The position numbers and the translations under genes were made by a program. This document shows, piece after piece, positions 28,310 through 37,967 of a stretch of 64,000 nt of DNA. This stretch comes from Eubacteriales bacterium (GTDB lineage Bacteria > Bacillota > Clostridia > Oscillospirales > CAG-272). Each line of letters begins with the position of its first letter. Within the stretch, counting starts at the first letter, position 1. The DNA lies in assembly GCA_045660295.1 (NCBI GenBank), contig JAZRDN010000040.1, positions 34,393 through 98,392 of the forward strand, in the 5' to 3' direction. Below the pieces are notes generated by a model. That model was not told the origin of the DNA. It saw nothing but the letters and a program-made list of their open reading frames with translations, and searched no databases.

Positions 28310-29362
28310 ATGGAATTAAAAGGACTCATACAGGAGCTGGCGAGCCTCATGTCGATTACGGGATATGAGGACGCATGCTCCGAGACTGTAAAAAAGATCG
28401 CCGATGAATATTTCGACGGATATTTTTGCGATAACGTAAAAAACCATATACTCGTAAAAAAGTGCGGCAGGGAAAATGCCCCCAAAATCGTTATCGATAC
28501 TCATTTTGACGAGATAGGAATGTACGTGAGCGAGATAAAGGAGGGGGGCTTCCTTAAGGTTATCAATATCGGCGGACTTGATACCAGAATAATGCAGGCG
28601 TCCGATGTGGTTATCTACGGTAAGGAAAAGATAAATGGCGTTGTTGCCTCGATTCCGCCCCACCTGTCAAACGCCAATGACAGAGAAAAGCTTCTTGCGG
28701 TGGACGAGCTTCTTATAGATACGGGATATTCTGAGGACGAGCTTGCCGAGCTTGTATCACTCGGCACGCCGGTTGGCTTTTACCCCAAATATACCGAGCT
28801 TTTAAACTCGCAGCTTGCGGGTAAGGGCTTTGATAATAAAGCCTGCGCCGCTTGTGCCGTAAAGGCGTTGGCAGATATCGACCGTAGCTCTCTTGCGGGC
28901 GACGTTTATCTATTGCTTTCGGCGCATGAGGAGACCGACCGACTTGGTTGCGTTGTCTGCGGTACTTATACGGTAAACCCCGATTACGCTATGGTCGTGG
29001 ACGTAAATCTCGGCAAAACTCCCGATACCAAGTCTCGCGAGACCGTGGATATGGGCGAGGGCGTGGCAATTACGCTGTCTGCCGTTACAGACCGCGCGCT
29101 TACTAAAATGACCGCCGAGCTTTGCGCCGAAAAGGAGATAAAATATCAGCGTATCGTGTCGGCAACCAGCACGGGAACAAACGCTACCGCGCTTTCGCTC
29201 GTTCGTGGCGGAGTGCCCGTGGTGGACGTTGGGCTTCCGCTTAAGTCTATGCACACTTATAACGAGATATTGAATCTCGAGGATGCCGAAGCTCTCACAA
29301 GGCTTATAGCCGAGTTTGTGTGCAGTAAAAAAATAGCGGAGGTGTTTGGCAATGTACAATAA
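28310..29362 (+). CDS. M42-family metallopeptidase (copy 1)
   Basis: 350 aa with metal and catalytic motifs THFDEIG, GFDNKA, AHEETD and VVDVN, plus a C-terminal His (SMHT). Confidence 0.85.
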   Translation: MELKGLIQELASLMSITGYEDACSETVKKIADEYFDGYFCDNVKNHILVKKCGRENAPKIVIDTHFDEIGMYVSEIKEGGFLKVINIGGLDTRIMQASDVVIYGKEKINGVVASIPPHLSNANDREKLLAVDELLIDTGYSEDELAELVSLGTPVGFYPKYTELLNSQLAGKGFDNKACAACAVKALADIDRSSLAGDVYLLLSAHEETDRLGCVVCGTYTVNPDYAMVVDVNLGKTPDTKSRETVDMGEGVAITLSAVTDRALTKMTAELCAEKEIKYQRIVSATSTGTNATALSLVRGGVPVVDVGLPLKSMHTYNEILNLEDAEALTRLIAEFVCSKKIAEVFGNVQ

Positions 29363-30422
29363 CAGAACAGAGCTTCTCAAGGACCTCGCACTTTCTTTCG
29401 GTCCTACGGGCTGTGAGGGCAACGTGGGTGAGCTTGTTTGCAGGATAGCGGCTCAGTATTGCGACAATTACGCGGTGGATAAGATGGGAAACTGCGTGTT
29501 CAAGATAGTGCCCAAGGTCTACACCGCCCATACAAAAAAGATAATGCTTTCGGCACACATGGACGAGGTCGGTTTTATGGTGACCGAGATAGACGGCGAC
29601 GGATATCTCAAGTTTGATACCGTTGGCGGAATAGATTGCCGTGTGCTCTGCGGACGGAACGTTACAATAGGTGACGAAAACAAGAAGATAAAAGGCGTTA
29701 TCGCGTCAAAGGCAATACACCACCAGAGCTCGGACGAGCGTAAAAAAGCCACAAAGATATCTGATATGTATATCGACATCGGTGCGACCTCAAAGGAGGA
29801 CGCCGAGAAATACGTAGATATCGGAGATTTCGGAACCTTCGACAGTGACTTCATAATTTTCGGAAAGAATGACCGCCTTGTAAAATCCAAGGCGCTTGAT
29901 GACCGTATGGGGTGCGTAGTTATGCTCGAGGTAATGAAGGAGCTTCGGGAGGGCAAAATAAAGAACGGAAACGAGCTTTATTTCTGCTTTACCGTGCGCG
30001 AGGAGGTAGGACTTTCGGGTGCGCAGACCGTAGCGCAGGTCATAAAGCCCGATTATGCAATAGTGCTTGAGTCCACCGCTATCGCCGATATTGAGGACGT
30101 TGACCCCGCGCTTCGCGTGGCTGAGGTTGGCAAGGGCGGCGTGGTGTCGGTTATGGACCGCGCCACGGTCTATAACCGTAAGCTCGTGTCTTACATCCTT
30201 GAGCTTGCCGAGCTTAAGGGAATAAAGGCGCAGGTAAAGAGATACGTCTCGGGCGGTAACGATGCGGGACATATCCATAAGAGCGGAGAGGGCGTGAAAA
30301 CCGCGGCCATATCAGTGCCTACGCGTTATCTTCATTCGCCCGCTTGCGTCGCGTCGCTTGATGATCTTGACTCAATAATCGAGATTGTAAAGGCGCTTAT
30401 AGAAACATGGAAATCGGTATAG
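29351..30422 (+). CDS. M42-family metallopeptidase (copy 2)
   Basis: ATG 29351 lies 8 nt after GGAGG (29338-29342), giving 356 aa. Motifs are AHMDEVG, LDDRMG and VREEVG, and it overlaps copy 1 by 12 nt. Confidence 0.85.
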
Positions 30423-30442
30423 GCAAGAGAGAGGAAAAAACA

Positions 30443-31438
30443 ATGTATAATTTTTTGAAACAGATAATAAATATTCCCGCGGTGTCGGGCAGAGAAAGCG
30501 ACCTGCTTGAAAAGATAAGAACGCTTATCTCCCCTTATGTAGACGAGTGCTCATTCGACAACCTCGGTAACCTTATGGCGCTAAAAAAGGGAAGCGCTGA
30601 AGCCCCCAAGGACATTATGCTTTGCGCCCACGCCGACGAGATCGGTTTTATAGTAAATTATATTGAGGATAGCGGATTTATCCGCGTTGCTCCCATCGGC
30701 GGAATAAATTACGTTTCGGCTTCCTACGCCAAGGTGGTTTTTGAAAACGGCACAAAGGGCGTTCTCGTGCCCGAATCCAAGCTCAGCGACAGTAAAAATT
30801 CTGATTCTTACTACGTTGATATCGGCGCGGATAGCAAAAAGACCGCCGAGAAAAAGATAAATATCGGTGACGTTGCCGTGGTTGAGGCTTCGGTTGATAA
30901 GCTTATGGGGAAGCGAGTCGTCGGCAGACCCATGGACGACAGAATAGGCTGTGCGGTGATTTTCGATATTGCCAGAACTCTCGAAGCTCCCAAGGATAAC
31001 GTGTGGTTTGTTTTCTCCGTTCAGGAGGAGGTAGGATGCCGCGGCGCAAAGACCGCCGCCAACAAAATTGCTCCCGACGTTGCTCTCGTATTTGACGTTA
31101 CGGCTACGGGGGACACCGTTGGCGCACCCTCAATGGCGGTAAAGCTTGGAGACGGCGCGGCTATAAAAATAAAGGACGCGTCTGTTATCTGTGACCACGG
31201 AATTGTTGAAGGTCTTGTAGAGCTTGCTAAGAAAAATAAAATACCTTATCAGTGCGAGATACTTAAGCACGGCGGAACAGATACAAGCTCTATTCAGGTC
31301 TCCGGAAGCGGAGTCCGCGCGGGCGCACTTTCTATTCCCACAAGATATATTCACTCATCGGTTGAAATGATCGACATGAAGGATGCCGAGGCTTGCCGCG
31401 ATCTGGCGGTAGCCTTCATAAATAATTATAATGCATAA
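30443..31438 (+). CDS. M42-family metallopeptidase (copy 3)
   Basis: ATG 30443 follows AGAGAGGAAAA, giving 331 aa. Motifs are AHADEIG, MDDRIG, VQEEVG, VFDVT and RYIHS. Confidence 0.85.
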   Translation: MYNFLKQIINIPAVSGRESDLLEKIRTLISPYVDECSFDNLGNLMALKKGSAEAPKDIMLCAHADEIGFIVNYIEDSGFIRVAPIGGINYVSASYAKVVFENGTKGVLVPESKLSDSKNSDSYYVDIGADSKKTAEKKINIGDVAVVEASVDKLMGKRVVGRPMDDRIGCAVIFDIARTLEAPKDNVWFVFSVQEEVGCRGAKTAANKIAPDVALVFDVTATGDTVGAPSMAVKLGDGAAIKIKDASVICDHGIVEGLVELAKKNKIPYQCEILKHGGTDTSSIQVSGSGVRAGALSIPTRYIHSSVEMIDMKDAEACRDLAVAFINNYNA

Positions 31439-31451
31439 TAGGACGGACAGT

Positions 31452-32705
31452 ATGGAAATTTCACAAAAAGTATATTCTCTTGTTGCCGATGCCGAGCGAG
31501 AGCTGGCTGATATCTTTGCCGAGATAGATAGAGTGTCTTTTGAAAACACGTCGAAAATTATGGAGCTTTTCCGAGAGCACCGAGTTTCGGAGGCAATGTT
31601 CAATCCAACCAGCGGATACGGCTACGACGACAGAGGCAGAGACGTGCTCGACGAGATATGGGCAGAGGTCATGGGCGCTGAGTCGGCATTCGTGCGCCAT
31701 AATATCGTAAACGGAACTCAAGCGCTTACCATAGGTCTTTTCGGACTTCTCCGCCCGAATGACGTTATGCTTTCAATAGCGGGAAAGCCTTACGATACCC
31801 TCGAGGAGGTCATAGGTATCTGCGGAACTCCCGGTGACGGCTCACTTAAGGATTTCGGCGTAGAATATGCGCAGGTAGACCTTAAGGACGGCGATTTTGA
31901 CTATGATAAGATACGCGAACAGCTTGAAGGGCTTGGTGAGCGTGTAAAGGTAGTGTTTATTCAACGCTCAAAGGGTTATCTTAACAGAAAAACTCTGAGC
32001 GTTGACGAGATAGGCAAAGCGGTGAGATTTGTAAAATCTATCAACCCCAACGTATACGTGGTGGTGGATAATTGCTACGGAGAGTTCGTGGATACCAAAG
32101 AGCCCTGCGCGGTGGGCGCGGATATGGTCATAGGCTCGCTTATCAAGAATCCCGGCGGCGGAATGGCGGAAACAGGCGGTTATATCGCGGGCACTAAACG
32201 CGCGGTAGAGCTTGCGTCCTACCGACTCACCTCGGTAGGCGTGGGCTGTGAGGTCGGCGCTACGCTCGGACTTAATAAGAGCCTTTATAAAGGTCTTTTT
32301 TACGCGCCGCATACAACGGCACAGGCGCTTAAGGTGGCGCATCTCGCGGCTTATATATTTGAAAAGCTCGGATATAAGGTTGAGCCTAAATGGAACGAAA
32401 AACATCACGATATCATACAAACCGTGGTAACCGAAGCTCCCGAATTGCTCTGCGCGTTTTGCTGTGGAATACAGAAGGGCTCACCGGTTGATTCTTTCGT
32501 TACTCCCGAACCGTGGGATATGCCGGGATATAACGATAAGGTCATTATGGCGGCAGGAGCGTTTACTCAGGGCTCGTCCATTGAGCTTTCGGCAGACGGA
32601 CCGCTTCGTCCCCCATATACGGCGTTTTTTCAGGGCGGACTTACATACGAAAGCGGCAAAATAGGCATTATGTACGCCGCCGAGGAAATGATTTCGGTAG
32701 AATAA
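31452..32705 (+). CDS. Methionine gamma-lyase-family PLP protein (aluminium-resistance/YnbB-like)
   Basis: About 417 aa with a typical YnbB-type N-terminus (...AEIDRVSFENTSKIMELFREHRVSE..FNPTSGYGYDD.GRD). The start is ambiguous between 31431 and 31452. Confidence 0.8.
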   Translation: MEISQKVYSLVADAERELADIFAEIDRVSFENTSKIMELFREHRVSEAMFNPTSGYGYDDRGRDVLDEIWAEVMGAESAFVRHNIVNGTQALTIGLFGLLRPNDVMLSIAGKPYDTLEEVIGICGTPGDGSLKDFGVEYAQVDLKDGDFDYDKIREQLEGLGERVKVVFIQRSKGYLNRKTLSVDEIGKAVRFVKSINPNVYVVVDNCYGEFVDTKEPCAVGADMVIGSLIKNPGGGMAETGGYIAGTKRAVELASYRLTSVGVGCEVGATLGLNKSLYKGLFYAPHTTAQALKVAHLAAYIFEKLGYKVEPKWNEKHHDIIQTVVTEAPELLCAFCCGIQKGSPVDSFVTPEPWDMPGYNDKVIMAAGAFTQGSSIELSADGPLRPPYTAFFQGGLTYESGKIGIMYAAEEMISVE

Positions 32706-32809
32706 GTCGCATTTTGACAAAATGTTTACAAATTTTTGTAGACATTTGGCGAAACATCTGCTAAAATAGTTAAAAACGTTAAACGTGAAAAGAGAAAGGT
32801 AAAATTTTT

Positions 32810-33847
32810 ATGAAAAAAATAATTTCTGCTGTACTTTTAATAACAATGCTTCTTGCGTGCTTTACGGCGTGCGCGAAGGACGACGCGCCCGATGGAACTC
32901 AGCTTGTTTCGGGCGAGGAAGAAATATTCAACCTCTATGTTCCCAAAACTTGGGTAAGTAATCTTTCAAGCGGTATCGCAAGTGCTTATTATTCTCTTGA
33001 AAACAACGTTATTGTAAGCGCAAAAACTATCAGAAACGCTTCCAATTATACGCTTGGCGAATTTATGGCGCTCGCTATCGAGAGCTATGAGGCTATGGAG
33101 GGCTATGAGCTTGTGTCGCCGTTTGAGTCCACGACACTCGGAGGTCTCCCCGCATACGTTATGGAGTATAAGGCTACCATAAAGGAAAAGGGCGAGGGCG
33201 ATAAGGTTACCGACGTTGTGTATAAGTTCAAGGTTATCAACGCCAAAAACGAGGCTACTCTTACAATGCTGGTTTACAGCGCGCCGGAGGAATATTACGA
33301 TTCCGCTCTTTCGGACGTTGATGCGATAATAGCTAATTTTGAGTTTAAGAGCTTTGAGGACGGAGAGCTCGAAAAGGACGACTTTACCGTTCTTGTTGAC
33401 GAGAATACTCCCGAGGGATATCAGCTTGCAACTAAGGATAAGTACGAGTTCAGATTTTATGTTCCGCTTACCTGGACAGTTCAGAGAAGAGCATATAATC
33501 CCAGTGCTTATTTCTCAAAGACAGATCTTTCCAATGTAAGCATCACCAGCCGTATAGCAACAGAGGATGTTCTTGACGGTGCTTCCTATTGGCAGCACTA
33601 TACCGAGACGACTTCTTTCGAGCTTTCGGATATAGTTATCGACGAGAACGCCAAGATGGGCGGCTATGACGCTTACGGTGTTGAGTATACCGCGTCGGCG
33701 TCGGGCTTGAAATATAAGATCAAGCAGGTGTTCCTTGCGTATAACAATATGATCTATATTTTCACTTATACCTCGGACAGAGTTAACTACGATAAGCATG
33801 CAGACGATATAAACGCTATGCTTGAGCTTTTTGAGTTTAAGAAATAA
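32810..33847 (+). CDS. Lipoprotein of unknown function with two tandem related domains
   Basis: Signal peptide and lipobox MKKIISAVLLITMLLACFTAC. Two ~140-aa halves share F.LYVP.TW ... GG..AY..EY ... D(V/I).A....FEFK. Confidence 0.7.
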   Translation: MKKIISAVLLITMLLACFTACAKDDAPDGTQLVSGEEEIFNLYVPKTWVSNLSSGIASAYYSLENNVIVSAKTIRNASNYTLGEFMALAIESYEAMEGYELVSPFESTTLGGLPAYVMEYKATIKEKGEGDKVTDVVYKFKVINAKNEATLTMLVYSAPEEYYDSALSDVDAIIANFEFKSFEDGELEKDDFTVLVDENTPEGYQLATKDKYEFRFYVPLTWTVQRRAYNPSAYFSKTDLSNVSITSRIATEDVLDGASYWQHYTETTSFELSDIVIDENAKMGGYDAYGVEYTASASGLKYKIKQVFLAYNNMIYIFTYTSDRVNYDKHADDINAMLELFEFKK

Positions 33848-33851
33848 AGCA

Positions 33852-35018
33852 ATGAGAGAGATCTATCTTGATAACAGCGCCACCACACCGTTGTGCGAGA
33901 GCGCAGTCAAGGCAATGACAGAGGCGATGGGGAACTACGGTAACCCATCGTCGCTTCATTCGGTGGGATTGGCGGCACAGAAATACGTTGACGAGGCGAG
34001 AAATGCCCTTGGCATCGCCCTGGGTATCAGAATGCCAAAGCCCGGACAGCTTATTTTTACCGCAAGCGGTACTGAGGCGAACAACCTTGCTATAAGGGGC
34101 AGTGTCTGTTCCAAAGCCAGACGTGTGGCTAATAAAATAATTACCACCGATTCCGAGCACCCTTCGGTTGAAAACCTTCTCCGAAAGCTGGAGGAGGAGG
34201 GCTTCAAGGTGGTAAGGATTTCCACTCGCGGCGGTGTACTCGATATGAATACCCTTGAAAAAGAGCTTGACCGCGACGTTATTTTGGTTACCATGATGAT
34301 GGTCAATAACGAGACGGGAGCAATGTACGATATAGCAAAGGTCTTTTCCATGACCAAGCAAAGGTGCCCCGAGGCGATCACTCACTGTGATGCGGTGCAG
34401 GGATTTATGAAGCATAAATTTTCGCCATCGACTATCGGCGCAGACTTTGTAAGCGTAAGTGCCCATAAGATACACGGACCCAAGGGTGTAGGCGCGCTTT
34501 ACGTTAGCGCTGATATCCTTAAGCAGAGAAAGCTGATTCCCATTATCTACGGCGGCGGACAGGAAAACGGGTTCCGTTCGGGAACAGAGAACGTAGTTGG
34601 TATCGCGGGCTTCGGCGCGGCCGTAAGAGAAGCCTATCTCGGGTTTGACTCTAACACGGCGCGTATGTCGGCAGTGAGGGAGTATGCTATATTAAAGCTC
34701 TCGGCTCTCGACGTAAGGCTTAACATACCGCTTGGAAATACCGCTCCGCATATTATTAACTTTACGCTTCCCAATATAAAAAGTGAGACTATGCTCCACT
34801 ATCTTTCGGGAGAGGGAATATACGTTTCCAGCGGCTCTGCATGCTCGTCTCATTCATATACACCCAGCCGTGCGCTGACCGCATTCGGACTTACCCCCGC
34901 GGATGCCGATTGCTCGCTTCGCGTAAGTATTTCCGAAAAAACTACCGAGTCGGACATAGATACATTTGTAGAGCATCTTGAAATGGGGCTTAGAGTGCTT
35001 GTAAGAATAAAAAGATAA
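33852..35018 (+). CDS. Cysteine desulfurase (NifS/IscS family)
   Basis: ATG 33852 (MREIYLDNSATTP). The PLP lysine is in SAHKIHGPKG and the active-site loop is SSGSACSS. Confidence 0.9.
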   Translation: MREIYLDNSATTPLCESAVKAMTEAMGNYGNPSSLHSVGLAAQKYVDEARNALGIALGIRMPKPGQLIFTASGTEANNLAIRGSVCSKARRVANKIITTDSEHPSVENLLRKLEEEGFKVVRISTRGGVLDMNTLEKELDRDVILVTMMMVNNETGAMYDIAKVFSMTKQRCPEAITHCDAVQGFMKHKFSPSTIGADFVSVSAHKIHGPKGVGALYVSADILKQRKLIPIIYGGGQENGFRSGTENVVGIAGFGAAVREAYLGFDSNTARMSAVREYAILKLSALDVRLNIPLGNTAPHIINFTLPNIKSETMLHYLSGEGIYVSSGSACSSHSYTPSRALTAFGLTPADADCSLRVSISEKTTESDIDTFVEHLEMGLRVLVRIKR

Positions 35019-35053
35019 AAAATAGCTGTTTCTTAATGAAACAGCTATTTTTT
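35017..35053. terminator. Bidirectional rho-independent terminator
   Basis: ATAGCTGTTTC-ttaat-GAAACAGCTAT (35022-35048) is flanked by an A-run and a T-run between convergent genes. Confidence 0.7.
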
Positions 35054-35062
35054 GTTATTGTT

Positions 35063-36820
35063 TTATTCAGCTTTAAGCGAATACTTTTGGGAGTATTCCT
35101 TGTAGTGTTCGTCGTAAATTTCGTTTCCGCGTCGGAGAGCCTTGGTGTAACCGTGCATGCCAAGACTGCTGTGCGCGATCTCGATTACACAGCCCGCAAT
35201 GTTGGAGCAGTGGTCGGAAATGCGCTCAAGGTTGGTGAGAAGGTCGGAAAGTATAAATCCAAGCTCAATTGTGCATTCGTTGTTTTGGAGTCTCTTGATG
35301 TGGTTGAGCTTGATCTGGTCCTTGAGATTGTCAACGACCTCCTCAAGCGGCTCAACCGTCGCCGCGAAATCAAGGCTGTTCTGAGTGAAAGAGGAAAGCG
35401 AAGCGTTAAGTATCTCGCGTACCGCGCCTATCATCACGCTAAGCTCTTTCTGTGCATGCTCGGAGAAGGAGATCTTCTTGTTGTGTATCTCCTGTGCCGA
35501 CTCTGCGAGATTTACCGCGTGGTCGGAAATACGCTCAAGGTCTCCGATGATGTGAAGAAGCTTTGTTACCTCAAGGCTATCACGCTCAGAAAGGTCGCAT
35601 TTCGTCAGCTTGACAAGATAGGAGCCTATCTCATCCTCGTAAATATCCACCTGATCTTCCTCTTTATCAATTTCTTCGAATATCTTCTTGTCGTAGTTGT
35701 CAAAGAGTGTAAGCGATTTCATAAGCGAAGCTACAGAGGTCTCAGCCATCGTAACTGCTACGTTGCGGCAACGGTCGAGAGCCACGCTGGGGGTCGTGAG
35801 AAGTCTGTCGTCGAAAAGACTGACCTTTTCCTCGGTGTTCTTCTTGTCCTTGATAGTAAGGATAGCCAGCTTTTCAAGCAGCTTGTGGCAGGGGAGAAGA
35901 AGCGCGGTACAACCGATGTTGAACGCGGTGTGAACTATAGCGATATACTTTTCATCAATAGCGTTGCCAAGGAACTCAAAGTGTACTATTCCGTGTGTGA
36001 TATAGAATATCGAAAGAAGCATCACCGTTCCGACGATGTTGAAGTAAAGGTGTACCATAGCCACGCGGCGCGCGTTTTTGTTAGCGCCGACTGAGGATAT
36101 CATCGCCGTAACACATGTACCGATGTTCTGTCCCATGATGATCGGAATAGCCGAGCCGAACGTGACCGCTCCCGTAGCCGATAGTGCCTGAAGAATACCG
36201 ACAGATGCCGAGGAGCTCTGAATGATAGCCGTAATGACAGCACCCGCGAGAACACCCAAAAGAGGATTGTCGAACATGAGCAAAAGGCTCTTGAACGCCT
36301 CGTTTTCCGCAAGAGGTTCAACCGCGCCCGTCATGATGTCCATGCCGTAGATAAGAACCGAGAAGCCAAGAAGAATAAGACCTATATCCTTTCTCTTGGA
36401 GTCCTTCAGGAAAATATAAAGCACAACGCCTATGACCGCGAGAATGGGAGTAAAGGAGGTGGGCTTCAGCATTGTCATAATAAAGCTTTCGCCTCCGTCA
36501 ACGCCCATAAGGCTCAGTATCCAAGCGGTTATGGTCGTACCTACGTTAGCACCCATAATAACGGGAATAACCGCCGAAAGCGTCATAAGTCCCGAGTTTA
36601 CAAAGCCCACGAGCATGACCGTGGTCGCCGACGAGCTTTGAATAATAGCCGTGACCGCCGCACCGAGAATAAAACCTTTTAAGGGATTGGAAGTCATTTT
36701 AGCGAGCAGTCCCTTAAGCTGTGAGCCTGCGCTCTTTTCAAGCGCGTCGCCCATAACGGTCATTCCGAACAGGAAAAGCGAAATGCCGCCAAAGAGCGTC
36801 AAAATGTTTGTAAAATCCAT
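35063..36820 (-). CDS. Na+/phosphate cotransporter-family protein with C-terminal PhoU-like domains
   Basis: Trimmed to ATG 36818-36820 (AGGAGGAAAA RBS), 585 aa. It has duplicated Na_Pi_cotrans motifs (AIIQSSSATTVM / AIIQSSSASVGI) and PhoU-like repeats (ERISDH twice). Confidence 0.88.
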   Translation of the reverse strand: MDFTNILTLFGGISLFLFGMTVMGDALEKSAGSQLKGLLAKMTSNPLKGFILGAAVTAIIQSSSATTVMLVGFVNSGLMTLSAVIPVIMGANVGTTITAWILSLMGVDGGESFIMTMLKPTSFTPILAVIGVVLYIFLKDSKRKDIGLILLGFSVLIYGMDIMTGAVEPLAENEAFKSLLLMFDNPLLGVLAGAVITAIIQSSSASVGILQALSATGAVTFGSAIPIIMGQNIGTCVTAMISSVGANKNARRVAMVHLYFNIVGTVMLLSIFYITHGIVHFEFLGNAIDEKYIAIVHTAFNIGCTALLLPCHKLLEKLAILTIKDKKNTEEKVSLFDDRLLTTPSVALDRCRNVAVTMAETSVASLMKSLTLFDNYDKKIFEEIDKEEDQVDIYEDEIGSYLVKLTKCDLSERDSLEVTKLLHIIGDLERISDHAVNLAESAQEIHNKKISFSEHAQKELSVMIGAVREILNASLSSFTQNSLDFAATVEPLEEVVDNLKDQIKLNHIKRLQNNECTIELGFILSDLLTNLERISDHCSNIAGCVIEIAHSSLGMHGYTKALRRGNEIYDEHYKEYSQKYSLKAE

Positions 36821-36909
36821 GTTTTCCTCCTGATTTAATACAGTTATTGACAAAATTATTCACTGTACTTAATTTAACATAAATTATGTAAAATCCGAAA
36901 GCGTTTTTG

Positions 36910-36926
36910 TGTTAAATCTGTGTTAA
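36910..36926 (-). promoter_or_regulatory. Candidate Pho box (PhoP-type direct repeats) upstream of the Na/Pi cotransporter gene
   Basis: The minus strand reads TTAACA-cagat-TTAACA (an 11-bp period). It lies 21 nt upstream of a CATAAT -10-like hexamer (36883-36888). Confidence 0.45.
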
Positions 36927-36939
36927 ATCAATAAGGGTG

Positions 36940-37803
36940 TTAGGAGTTTTTTATATCATATAATAAATCTGAAAGCTCGCAGAACATCTGAACGTCCAGC
37001 TTTTCGCCTCGGATATCGGGGCGGTGTCCCGCCTTTTCAATTACCTCAGCCAGCTTTTCTTTTGGAATTTCGGGGAAGCCGCAGGAAAGCGCGTTTAAGA
37101 GCGTCTTTCGTCTCTGCTCAAACGCCGCCTTTATTACCTTGAAGAACAGGTCCTCATCCTTGGGCTTGTATGGCTTGTCCTTGTAGAGCTTTATGCGCAC
37201 CACGCTTGAATTTACCTTTGGTGGAGGCATAAAGTTGTCGGCGTTGACAGTAAACAGCTTTTCAGCCTCTCCGTAATAGGAAAGTACAGCGGTTATGGCA
37301 CCGCAGTCCTTGCTTCCGGCCTTGGCACAAAGCCTGTCGGCAACCTCGGACTGTATCATTATAGTGATATAGTCAAAGGGCAGGCGTGATTCAAGCAGCT
37401 TCATAAGAATAGGCGTGGTGATGTAGTATGGAAGATTGGCGCATACCGAAATGCCACCCTCAAAGTAAGGCGCGAGCAGTGCGTCAAGATCGGTCTTCAT
37501 CACGTCCTCGTTTATTACCTTGACGTTGTTGTAGCCGTCAAGCGTGTAGGAAAGTACGGGGATAAGCCCCTTGTCTATTTCCAGAGAAATAACGTTTTCG
37601 TAACGTTCGGCAAGCTCCAAGGTAAGAGTGCCGATACCGGGACCTATCTCAAGAATAGTATTTGACTTGCCCTCGCAGCAGTATTCGGCAATGTCCTCAA
37701 CAACCATTTTGTTGGTCAGAAAGTTCTGTCCGAACTCCTTGTGGAATTTGATGCCGAAAACCGACATTATTTGTTTTATGTTTTTGATGTCACAAAGATT
37801 CAT
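36940..37803 (-). CDS. rsmA: 16S rRNA (adenine1518/1519-N6)-dimethyltransferase
   Basis: Trimmed to ATG 37801-37803, 287 aa, with FGQNFL, EIGPGIGTLT and NLPYYI motifs. Confidence 0.92.
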   Translation of the reverse strand: MNLCDIKNIKQIMSVFGIKFHKEFGQNFLTNKMVVEDIAEYCCEGKSNTILEIGPGIGTLTLELAERYENVISLEIDKGLIPVLSYTLDGYNNVKVINEDVMKTDLDALLAPYFEGGISVCANLPYYITTPILMKLLESRLPFDYITIMIQSEVADRLCAKAGSKDCGAITAVLSYYGEAEKLFTVNADNFMPPPKVNSSVVRIKLYKDKPYKPKDEDLFFKVIKAAFEQRRKTLLNALSCGFPEIPKEKLAEVIEKAGHRPDIRGEKLDVQMFCELSDLLYDIKNS

Positions 37804-37906
37804 AAATTCACCCTTCAAAGTAATATTATAATCATTTTACCATACATTTTCAGAAAAATCAATCATATTTGAAAATATTGCGGGCGTAAAAGTTTACAAA
37901 ATTGAG

Positions 37907-37935
37907 TTGACAAAAGGATTAAAAAATAATATAAT
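37907..37935 (+). promoter_or_regulatory. Sigma-A type promoter for the RpiR-family gene
   Basis: TTGACA (37907-37912), a 17-nt spacer, and TATAAT (37930-37935). Confidence 0.5.
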
Positions 37936-37967
37936 ATTGTTTGATTGAAATTTGCGAGGCGGACGGT

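Noticed and set aside
35036-36094. 352-aa ORF antisense to the Na/Pi cotransporter gene
   Set aside because: Same artefact class. Its start lies inside the bidirectional terminator hairpin.
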